From the NCBI GenBank assembly GCA_001766815.1, contig LYOS01000004.1:43610-75609 (forward strand): 32,000 nt of DNA, read 5' to 3'. Positions 7,686 through 15,048 of this stretch are shown in pieces. The translations under genes were made by a program, and so were the position numbers. The stretch comes from Candidatus Syntropharchaeum caldarium. Lineage in GTDB: Archaea > Halobacteriota > Syntropharchaeia > Syntropharchaeales > Syntropharchaeaceae. The first letter of the stretch is position 1, and every line of letters begins with the position of its first letter. The notes beneath the pieces were generated by a model. That model was not told the DNA's origin. It saw only the letters and a list, made by a program, of their open reading frames with translations, and did no database searches.

Positions 7686-8908
7686 TTCAGTATGACTCCC
7701 GCCCCGATCAAACGCCATCGTGTCCCAATCCTTCGACTTATCGCGATGGGAGAACCGACATCTGCGCACACAGGTCGCTTGAGGGTGACCTCTGCCTCTT
7801 TTTCCCGTGCACTTGTAACAAGCCCGACCGTTGTCATTGTTCCGATACTGAGCATCAGCGGTTCATTGGTGCGAAGCGGACCGACTGCCTCTTCATCGTC
7901 AGATCCCACAACATGCTCAAGAAGACGCACCCCCATTGTGAAGCTATCCCATGTGGGAGGAAGTGTTCCTGGTGTCCCTGCAACCTGTCCAACGAGTGCA
8001 TCACCCTTTGCAAGAAATGGATCGAGTTTTGTACCAACTGCGATCAGCCCACCTGGCGTCGCTTTCTTGATCGTCTTTCCACTTGCCTGAATCTTTGTAA
8101 CAACGCTTTTGAGCGGTACCCATTCCTTCTTCCCCTCTCGCTCCACAGCTATACCTGGCCTTATCTCTATCTCATCTTTTGGTTCAAGTGTGCCTCTGGA
8201 GAGCGTTCCACCAAGAATCCCTCCCTGGATCTTTGAATAGGGTGTGCCAGGCTTGTTAACGTCGAAAGAACGGGCGATGAACATGTGTGCATTTTCATCT
8301 TCGCTTGCAGGTTCGGGTGTGGGGATAGTCTCCTCAATGGTCTGGATGAGAACATCAAGGTTTGCGTTGTGCTGAGCAGAGACAGGAATAATCGGAGCAT
8401 TTTCGGCGACTGTTCCTTTTACAAAAGCTTTTATCTGGTCATAGTGCTCTATCGCCTCGTCACGCGTTACAAGATCGATCTTATTCTGGATGATGACGAT
8501 ATTTTTAACCCCTATAACATCAAGCGCCATCAGATGTTCCTTTGTTTGAGGGCGCGGACATGGCTCACTTGCTGCTATGACAAGGATCGCTCCGTTCATG
8601 ATCGCAGCACCTGAGAGCATCGTTGCCATCAACGTCTCATGACCTGGTGAGTCAACAAAAGAGACCGATCTCAACTCCTTCGTCTTTGCGCCGCAGATAG
8701 CGCACTTTGTATTTACCGTGTAACAGGATGGTTCAGGACAGTTGGGGCATTTTCTGAAAGTGGCATCTGCATAACCCAACCTGATAGATATGCCACGTTT
8801 TACCTCTTCGCTATGTCGATCTGTCCAGACACCTGATAACGTGCTCACAAGTGTTGTCTTCCCATGATCGACGTGCCCAACCACTCCAATATTAACACAC
8901 GGCTTCAA
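7682..8908 (-). CDS. eif2g: Translation initiation factor aIF-2 gamma subunit
   Basis: GTPase motifs [14 protein letters not shown] and NKID. A zinc-knuckle insertion ([20 protein letters not shown]) is characteristic of aIF2/eIF2 gamma. The start is TTG with GGAG upstream and an in-frame TGA immediately before it. Confidence 0.95.
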   Translation of the reverse strand: MKPCVNIGVVGHVDHGKTTLVSTLSGVWTDRHSEEVKRGISIRLGYADATFRKCPNCPEPSCYTVNTKCAICGAKTKELRSVSFVDSPGHETLMATMLSGAAIMNGAILVIAASEPCPRPQTKEHLMALDVIGVKNIVIIQNKIDLVTRDEAIEHYDQIKAFVKGTVAENAPIIPVSAQHNANLDVLIQTIEETIPTPEPASEDENAHMFIARSFDVNKPGTPYSKIQGGILGGTLSRGTLEPKDEIEIRPGIAVEREGKKEWVPLKSVVTKIQASGKTIKKATPGGLIAVGTKLDPFLAKGDALVGQVAGTPGTLPPTWDSFTMGVRLLEHVVGSDDEEAVGPLRTNEPLMLSIGTMTTVGLVTSAREKEAEVTLKRPVCADVGSPIAISRRIGTRWRLIGAGVILK

Positions 8909-8965
8909 TCATTCATCTCCTCTGTGAATCATCTCCAAGACAATGTGAATATTAATTATTGTCAC

Positions 8966-8975
8966 CTATTTATAT
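8966..8975 (+). promoter_or_regulatory. Candidate TATA box for dnaJ in the divergent aIF2-gamma/dnaJ intergenic region
   Basis: CTATTTATAT lies about 90 nt upstream of the preferred dnaJ start. This is a sequence match only. Confidence 0.35.
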
Positions 8976-9061
8976 CTAACCCGGTAAACTTGATTGAGTA
9001 ACGAAAGAGTTATATCGTGTTTCAAGATGGATATTATTACAAGTTATACAAGGGTGGATCT

Positions 9062-10195
9062 GTGACAAAACGAGATTACTACGAGGTTCTCGGAATTTCA
9101 AGGGATGCAACTCCTGATGAAGTAAAACGGGCCTACAGAAGACTCGCAAAGCAGCACCATCCAGATGTGAACAAAGATGATCCAGAGGCAGAGGAGAAAT
9201 TTAAGGAACTTGCAGAGGCCTACGAGGTTTTATCTGATCCACAAAAACGGGCGCGATATGATCAGTTTGGACATGAAAGCGTTCGCTTTGGTAGGGGAGG
9301 GTTTGACTGGTCGGATTTTACCCATACAAGGGATTTTGAGGATCTGTTTGGGGATTTCTTCGGGCAGGTATTTGGTGGATTTAGACAGGCCGGTAGGCGG
9401 CGCGCTGCACCAAAAAAAGGCGCCAATCTGCGATATGACCTTGAGATAACACTTGAAGAGGCGGCTTCTGGTGTTGAGCGTGAGATAAGATTTGAAAGGC
9501 TGGAGATCTGTGGTAACTGTAACGGCTCTGGCGCAAAAAGTCCATCTGATATTGTAGCATGTCCAAAGTGTGGCGGGACAGGTGAACTCAGGAAAGTTTC
9601 AAGTATGGGTGGATTCGGTAGTTTTGTCTCGATCTCAACATGTGGCACATGTGGCGGTAAGGGTAAGGTTGTGAAGACGCGCTGTCCAACCTGCGGTGGC
9701 AGGGGAAAGGTGCATATTGAGCGAACACTCACTGTCAGGGTGCCACCTGGGGTTGATACCGGCACTCAGTTACGAATCAGTGGGGAGGGCGAGCTGGGCG
9801 AAGGTGGATCTGGCGATCTTTATGTTGCAGTTCATGTCGCTCCCCATGATCTATTCGAACGATCTGGTAATGATATATTCTTTGAAGCACCGGTGAGCTT
9901 TGTTCAGGCAACGCTGGGCGCCGAGATTGAAGTTCCGACACTCGATGGTTTTGAGACGTTGGTTATACCTCCCGGTACACAGCATGGTACTACCTTCAGA
10001 TTGCGTGGAAAGGGTATGCCCGACATGCGATCCAGGCAGCGAGGAGATGAAATTGTCCAGATTCGAATTGTAATACCGCAGAAAATAACCTCAAGACAGC
10101 GGGAAATTCTGCAGGAGTTTGAAGCAGAAGGAAAGAAAAATACAAGACGAGGAGTCATCGGCAAGGTGATCGATGAGGTAAAGGAGATCATCTGA
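9062..10195 (+). CDS. dnaJ: Molecular chaperone DnaJ (type I Hsp40)
   Basis: J-domain [14 protein letters not shown], a G/F-rich linker, and four CxxCxGxG zinc-finger repeats ([32 protein letters not shown]). GTG 9062 preceded by GGTGGA gives the canonical N-terminus (V)[10 protein letters not shown]; the track start 9017 adds 15 atypical residues. Confidence 0.9.
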   Translation: MTKRDYYEVLGISRDATPDEVKRAYRRLAKQHHPDVNKDDPEAEEKFKELAEAYEVLSDPQKRARYDQFGHESVRFGRGGFDWSDFTHTRDFEDLFGDFFGQVFGGFRQAGRRRAAPKKGANLRYDLEITLEEAASGVEREIRFERLEICGNCNGSGAKSPSDIVACPKCGGTGELRKVSSMGGFGSFVSISTCGTCGGKGKVVKTRCPTCGGRGKVHIERTLTVRVPPGVDTGTQLRISGEGELGEGGSGDLYVAVHVAPHDLFERSGNDIFFEAPVSFVQATLGAEIEVPTLDGFETLVIPPGTQHGTTFRLRGKGMPDMRSRQRGDEIVQIRIVIPQKITSRQREILQEFEAEGKKNTRRGVIGKVIDEVKEII

Positions 10196-10289
10196 TCCAT
10201 AAAAGGCGGGAGATGTAATTATCTGGATCTTAATCTATATTTTCTACCTGATCGCCGGGTTTGTAATACTCCTGAAAAGTGCAGATAGT

Positions 10290-11162
10290 GTGATCGATCA
10301 TGCCGCACTTGTTGCTATGAAGCGAAACGTCTCCCATCACAGTATTGGGATGACGCTTGTAGCCCTCGTCACATCATTACCTGAATTTGCGATCTCCACC
10401 TTCAGTTCATTTGTTGGCGAGGCGGATATTGCAATCGCAAATGTCGTTGGTTCAAACATAACAAACATCGCGCTTGCTCTTGGCTTATTGCTCCTCTTAA
10501 AACCATACGAACGGAAAGAGGGCTGCATTGATGCTGGTTTCATGCTTGCTATCACCCTTATCTGTGGTGCCCTGATGCTCGACTTACAGATCTCACGGAT
10601 CGATGGTCTGATCCTGTTCCTGATAATATTTGCGTTCATCTACCTCATGAAACAGAAGAAAAACTATCAGATGGGCGAGGCATATCAGAAGACGGGTGTA
10701 ACAGAGAAAGAAGCTTCAATTTGGACAGATATCTTGATCTCTATTCTTGGGATGGGCGGGGTCTGGATCGGCGGATGGATGATCATAAATGGTGTGGTTG
10801 GAATTTCCACCCTTTTAGGCATTCCATCTCTTGCGCTCTCACTCACCGTTGTTGCTCTCGGAACATCACTCCCTGAGCTTGCAACATCCATCATAGCAAT
10901 CAGGAAGAATGTTGGTGATATCGCTGTTGGAACGCTTATCGGAAGCAACATTCTTAATATCGTATTTGTCCTCGGTACAGCGGCTATGGTAAGACCGATT
11001 GCTGTTGCAGAATCAATAGTAATATATTATCTACCTCTGATGATCATAACCGCTCTTTTGACCGTTATATTCATAAAATTGGGTCGTATGGGTAGAGTTC
11101 ACGGCATAATACTGCTTCTAATCTATGCTGCGTTTCTCGTGGGTATTGGGATGGGGATCTGA
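10290..11162 (+). CDS. Ca2+/cation antiporter (CaCA, YrbG-like Na+/Ca2+ exchanger family). The true start is probably upstream, near 10213-10221 (see finding).
   Basis: Two alpha-repeat motifs are present: GSNITNIALALG and GSNILNIVFVLG, each preceded by TSLPE(F/L). The coordinates give the first canonical start (GTG). The reading frame stays open and TM-helix-like back to 10203. Confidence 0.8.
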   Translation: MIDHAALVAMKRNVSHHSIGMTLVALVTSLPEFAISTFSSFVGEADIAIANVVGSNITNIALALGLLLLLKPYERKEGCIDAGFMLAITLICGALMLDLQISRIDGLILFLIIFAFIYLMKQKKNYQMGEAYQKTGVTEKEASIWTDILISILGMGGVWIGGWMIINGVVGISTLLGIPSLALSLTVVALGTSLPELATSIIAIRKNVGDIAVGTLIGSNILNIVFVLGTAAMVRPIAVAESIVIYYLPLMIITALLTVIFIKLGRMGRVHGIILLLIYAAFLVGIGMGI

Positions 11163-11233
11163 AAGAGGTTAAATGTTATTAATACCCTCCTTTAGATCTA
11201 TCCATGCCGATGATGATAAGACCTATCTGAAAT

Positions 11234-11689
11234 ATGATGAACCCTATGAGTACTGAGGCGATATATGTGGCGAAGAAGACGGAGATCAAAGGGATTGCAC
11301 GGGATACACTTGAGTTCATACTGAATGCGTCGAAATCCTCGCACCCAGAAGAATTTGCAGGGTTACTTGAGGAGGTGGATGGTGTCATTACAAACGTGAT
11401 CCTCCTTCCTGGCACGATATCTTCGAGCATGGGCGCAAGGATTCAATTTGATATGATGCCGCTTCACCTGAGTTCTGTGGGTTCAGTTCACAGTCATCCA
11501 ACTCCAAACAACCATCCCTCTAAAGCAGATCTCCACTTCTTCGCAAGGAAGGGCGATTACCATATCATAGTTGGGTATCCTTACAGTAACGAATCCTGGG
11601 CATGCTACAACGCAAAGGGTGAAGAACGAAATCTCAAGGTACTTGATCTGGTGCCTGATCCCAGCTCAGAGAGTGATACTATATGGTGA
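11234..11689 (+). CDS. JAB1/MPN/Mov34 (JAMM) metalloprotease, archaeal desampylase-like
   Basis: The complete JAMM motif is present: E (PEEFAGLL) ... HSHPTPNNHPSKAD, matching HxHx7Sx2D exactly. The start among ATG 11234/11237/11246 is uncertain. Confidence 0.8.
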   Translation: MMNPMSTEAIYVAKKTEIKGIARDTLEFILNASKSSHPEEFAGLLEEVDGVITNVILLPGTISSSMGARIQFDMMPLHLSSVGSVHSHPTPNNHPSKADLHFFARKGDYHIIVGYPYSNESWACYNAKGEERNLKVLDLVPDPSSESDTIW

Positions 11690-12111
11690 AGGTGCTTGCA
11701 ACAGGGACGTTTGACATTCTCCATCCAGGACATCTTCTCTACCTCAGTGAGGCAAAAAAACTTGGTGATGAGCTTTATGTGATCGTTGCAAGGGATGTTA
11801 ACGTCCTGCACAAGCCAAAACCGATACTTCCCGAAGAGCAGCGGCTTGAGATGGTCAGATCATTGAGGATTGTTGATCATGCGGTACTCGGCGATCGTGA
11901 GGATAAATGGAAGCCTGTCAGAGAGATCAAACCAGATATAATCGCCATCGGATACGATCAGCACTTTGATATTAAGGAGCTTGAGATGGAACTTTTTAGA
12001 GAGGGGCTTGATCTGAAGGTTGTAAGGATTGAACAGTCGAATTCTTGCCCCCTATGCAGCAGCAGAGCCATCATCAATCGGATTTTGAGGCTTAAAGGGG
12101 GAGAAAAATGA
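11683..12111 (+). CDS. ribL: FAD synthetase RibL (archaeal FMN adenylyltransferase, cytidylyltransferase fold)
   Basis: Motifs GTFDILHPGH, IVARD and PEEQRLEMV..VDHAVLG, with C-terminal CPLCSS, laid out as in Methanocaldococcus RibL. It overlaps the JAMM gene by 7 nt. Confidence 0.8.
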   Translation: MVKVLATGTFDILHPGHLLYLSEAKKLGDELYVIVARDVNVLHKPKPILPEEQRLEMVRSLRIVDHAVLGDREDKWKPVREIKPDIIAIGYDQHFDIKELEMELFREGLDLKVVRIEQSNSCPLCSSRAIINRILRLKGGEK

Positions 12112-13298
12112 AGTACCTGATCCTGCTGGGTGATGGGATGGGGGATTACCCGCTTGATGAACTTGGAAAAAAGACGATATTACAGGCAGCAGATACGCCG
12201 AATATGGATTATCTCGCAAAAAATGGTCTGTCAGGTCTTTTCAGATCGATACCAGATGAGATGCCTGCGGGAAGTGATATCGCAATTCTTTCAGTGCTTG
12301 GTTATGATCCAGAGGTCTATTACACTGGCAGGGGACCGCTCGAGGCGGCAAACATGGGGATCGATCTAAAAGCTGGAGATGTTGCCTTCAGGTGCAACCT
12401 CGTAACAGTAGAAGGGGATAAGCTTACCGATTACTCGGCAGGGCATATCGGGAATGATGATGCAAAGGTGCTGATAGACGCTTTGCAGGAGGAATTCGCA
12501 GATATCTCCTGTAAATTCTTTGCAGGTGTTGGTTACAGGCATATTCTTGTTTTGAACGGTGATTTTGAGGGAACGGGCTGTAATCCACCGCATGATATTA
12601 TCGGCGCCAGTATCATGGATGAACTTCCTGAAAATCCTGTTATACGCGATCTGATCCTGCGATCAAGGCAAATACTTGAGGATCATCCAGTGAACAGAAA
12701 ACGACATGATCAGGGGCTTGGGGTTGCTAATATGATCTGGCTCTGGGGAGAAGGGAGTAAACCAAAAATGCCCTCTTTCTTCGAGAGATTTAAAGTGAAA
12801 GGGTCTGTGATCTCAGCCGTTGATATAATAAAGGGAATTGGACGATGTATCGGGTTTGGTGTGATCGACGTACCCGGTGTGACAGGTTACCTTGATACAA
12901 ATTACCGCGGGAAAGCCGAATATGCGATCAGGGCACTCGAGGCCGATGAATGCGATCTTGTATTCGTCCATGTAGAGGCACCCGATGAGGCAGGCCACAT
13001 GGGAAGTATCAAAGATAAGATGGATGCCGTCGAGGCGTTTGATCGTGAGGTTGTGGGCAGGATACTTGAATGGGTGAAGACCACCAGAGAGGTTCGTATT
13101 CTTCTCATGCCTGACCATCTAACTCCAATTACCTTGCGAACACACACACGAGACCCTGTTCCATTTTGCATATATCAAAAAAATCCTGGTACCAAAAAAA
13201 GCGATGAGGTTACTTCTTTTGATGAATATTCGGTCAAAAATGGTTTCTTTGGATTGGTCGAAGGAGATCGATTGATACGAAGTTTCATCGAGTTATAG
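12108..13298 (+). CDS. apgM: Cofactor-independent phosphoglycerate mutase family, archaeal type (ApgM/COG3635)
   Basis: N-terminus MKYLILLGDGMGDYPL..TPNMDYLA and metal-site motifs (HVEAPDEAGH, PDH). ATGA overlap with ribL. The related 'proposed homoserine kinase' subfamily cannot be excluded by eye. Confidence 0.85.
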   Translation: MKYLILLGDGMGDYPLDELGKKTILQAADTPNMDYLAKNGLSGLFRSIPDEMPAGSDIAILSVLGYDPEVYYTGRGPLEAANMGIDLKAGDVAFRCNLVTVEGDKLTDYSAGHIGNDDAKVLIDALQEEFADISCKFFAGVGYRHILVLNGDFEGTGCNPPHDIIGASIMDELPENPVIRDLILRSRQILEDHPVNRKRHDQGLGVANMIWLWGEGSKPKMPSFFERFKVKGSVISAVDIIKGIGRCIGFGVIDVPGVTGYLDTNYRGKAEYAIRALEADECDLVFVHVEAPDEAGHMGSIKDKMDAVEAFDREVVGRILEWVKTTREVRILLMPDHLTPITLRTHTRDPVPFCIYQKNPGTKKSDEVTSFDEYSVKNGFFGLVEGDRLIRSFIEL

Positions 13299-13340
13299 CT
13301 TTTTATTGTTGATATTGAGGATTCAAGAAGTTCCAATATA

Positions 13341-13356
13341 CGAAAGGTTTATATAT
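13341..13356 (+). promoter_or_regulatory. Near-consensus archaeal BRE+TATA element (CGAAAGGTTTATATAT)
   Basis: A purine-rich BRE-like CGAAAGG is followed by TTTATATA. It lies about 180 nt upstream of the histone ATG. Confidence 0.5.
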
Positions 13357-13535
13357 GATTGCTTTTTTAATAGGAGATAGGAATAGCCTCTGTTGAGGTT
13401 CTACATCCAATATAGCAATGAATTTCAGTGACGGGGTGATAATCTAATTCGAGGGGATAAATGAAAACCCATCAGATTATCATTCGGTGGCGATTCATTG
13501 TTGGATCAACAAAGGGTAAAAGGAGGTGAATAAAA

Positions 13536-13742
13536 ATGGCAATACTTCCAATTGCACCAGTAGATAGGCTTGTGAGGGAAGCGGGGGCAGAGAGAGTGAG
13601 TGAAGGCGCCCGCGAAGCTCTTGCGAAGATCCTTGAAGAGGAAGGGATGAAGGTCGCCAAGGAAGCGATCAAACTCGCAGAACATGCAGGCCGAAAAACG
13701 GTGAAGGTTGAAGATATCGAACTGGCAGCAGAGAGGGTATAA
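13536..13742 (+). CDS. Archaeal histone (HMf/HMt family)
   Basis: The 68-aa histone fold reads MAILPIAPVDRLVREAGAERVSEGAREAL...GRKTVKVEDIELA. A perfect SD AGGAGGTGA lies at 13521-13529. Confidence 0.95.
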   Translation: MAILPIAPVDRLVREAGAERVSEGAREALAKILEEEGMKVAKEAIKLAEHAGRKTVKVEDIELAAERV

Positions 13743-13756
13743 ACCCGATCTACCAG

Positions 13757-13770
13757 TTTTCTTTTTTTTT
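13757..13770 (+). terminator. Oligo-T archaeal transcription terminator downstream of the histone gene
   Basis: TTTTCTTTTTTTTT begins 15 nt after the histone stop. Confidence 0.6.
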
Positions 13771-13784
13771 AAAAATTTACCAAC

Positions 13785-13794
13785 TTTTATATAT
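13785..13794 (+). promoter_or_regulatory. TATA box for the 13820 gene (short or leaderless transcript predicted)
   Basis: TTTTATATAT is centred about 30 nt upstream of ATG 13820, with an A-rich stretch upstream. Confidence 0.5.
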
Positions 13795-13819
13795 GGCGGA
13801 TGCTATTTAGTGTGATGCC

Positions 13820-15037
13820 ATGAAATTTATATTCATCATCTCGTTAGCGATCTTAATCCTGACCGCAACTCAACCCGTACTTGCAGGAACAAATGCCAAT
13901 ATCGTAATATCTGATATAACGCCAACAAATTTAGCTCCTGGCGAGACGAGAGAGATCACACTCACCGTAAAGAACGATGGGAGTCGGGATGCGAGGCATA
14001 TCACCTTAAACTTTCAGAGCAGTGAATATATTTCTGTAATCGGAACCTCAACAATATATATCAATTCGATCAACGCGTGGTGTGATACCAGCATCAAGAT
14101 CATGGTCAGGGTGGAAGATGGGATTGATCCAGGGGCGTATTCTATCCCGATAACTGCAAGCTTCGATGAGTATTACTATACAGCCACAACAGGTTATGTG
14201 ACCTCTGCGATGACTCCAACAACGCTTACCATTGTTTTTGATGTTGAGGGTGAGATATTACTCGATGTTGCAGATATCTCAACAAGTCCGCTTGAGCTTC
14301 GAGAGGATAGTGAAAATAATAATATAACTGTTTTGGTGGAGAATGCTGGAAGCAAGGATGCGAAATCGGTCACCGTAACGATCGACCCTGCATCGCCATT
14401 TCTTGAAGCTTACTCAGGATCGAGAACAGACTTTACCGAGGTGATTGCATCTCGTTCAAGTCACAGCTTCTCATTTGCGCTTGACGTTGTGGATGGAGCA
14501 GCAGCAGGCGTATACTCGATCCCACTCACGATAGATTACATCGATGATGAGTACAACCCCTTCAGGATAAATACCACGATCAACCTCAGGATAAGCCCGC
14601 AGGCAGACTTTAAGGTAGGGACACCCACAACCTCGCCTCCTGTGATTACAAAGGGCACAACCTTCAGGATGAACCTACCGATCGAAAACACTGGCAACAA
14701 AGATGCAGAATCGGTGAAAGCGATCTTAAAGACCAAATCTTACTTCACAGGCGCAAAGACCGACTACCTTGGTGATATAGCCATTGGTGAAGTGAAGATC
14801 GCAACCTTTGAGCTTGAGGCAGACCGTGACACGATTCCTGATAATTACGAGACTGACATAAAGATCATCTGGACAGACGGTGACGATCGGATTGAGATGA
14901 CAAAGTCGTTTGCGCTTGTGGTTGCATCAGGAGAAGACGTTACGGAAACATCCGGTCTTTCTTTGCTCATCACAGCAGCAGCTATTATTATCGCACTCGG
15001 TGCGGTTCTCTTTGCGTTATCAAGGAAGAAAAAATGA
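13820..15037 (+). CDS. Surface-anchored protein with three CARDB/COG1361-like (S-layer-domain) repeats
   Basis: N-terminal signal (MKFIFIISLAILILTATQPVLAG) and a C-terminal TM helix plus basic tail (LLITAAAIIIALGAVLFALSRKKK). Three internal repeats carry N-x-G-x-x-D-A: VKNDGSRDARHITL, VENAGSKDAKSVTV, IENTGNKDAESVKA. Confidence 0.7.
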   Translation: MKFIFIISLAILILTATQPVLAGTNANIVISDITPTNLAPGETREITLTVKNDGSRDARHITLNFQSSEYISVIGTSTIYINSINAWCDTSIKIMVRVEDGIDPGAYSIPITASFDEYYYTATTGYVTSAMTPTTLTIVFDVEGEILLDVADISTSPLELREDSENNNITVLVENAGSKDAKSVTVTIDPASPFLEAYSGSRTDFTEVIASRSSHSFSFALDVVDGAAAGVYSIPLTIDYIDDEYNPFRINTTINLRISPQADFKVGTPTTSPPVITKGTTFRMNLPIENTGNKDAESVKAILKTKSYFTGAKTDYLGDIAIGEVKIATFELEADRDTIPDNYETDIKIIWTDGDDRIEMTKSFALVVASGEDVTETSGLSLLITAAAIIIALGAVLFALSRKKK

Positions 15038-15048
15038 GCGAGTTTTAG

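Noticed and set aside
7547-8236. 229-aa plus-strand ORF (and 7692-8090) overlapping aIF2-gamma
   Set aside because: It is antisense to a gene with unambiguous GTPase motifs. Its translation is low-complexity (Pro/Ser/Cys/Arg-rich) with no motifs, typical of a shadow ORF.
9262-9765. 167-aa minus-strand ORF inside dnaJ
   Set aside because: It is a Pro/Ser-rich antisense shadow of the Gly/Cys-rich zinc-finger region of DnaJ, with no SD or motif.
11179-11430. 83-aa minus-strand ORF with a hydrophobic C-terminus
   Set aside because: About 200 of its 252 nt are antisense to the JAMM gene, which has a complete catalytic motif. It has no SD, and only the last ~18 codons lie in intergenic DNA.
13421-13520. 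Possible C/D-box sRNA or tRNA in the histone upstream region (GTGATAA ... CTAA; minus-strand ATGATAA-CTGA)
   Set aside because: The box matches are imperfect and wrongly spaced. There is no terminal stem or guide-like arrangement, and no tRNA-like GC-rich acceptor stem. The evidence is too weak to call; only the orphan promoter is reported.
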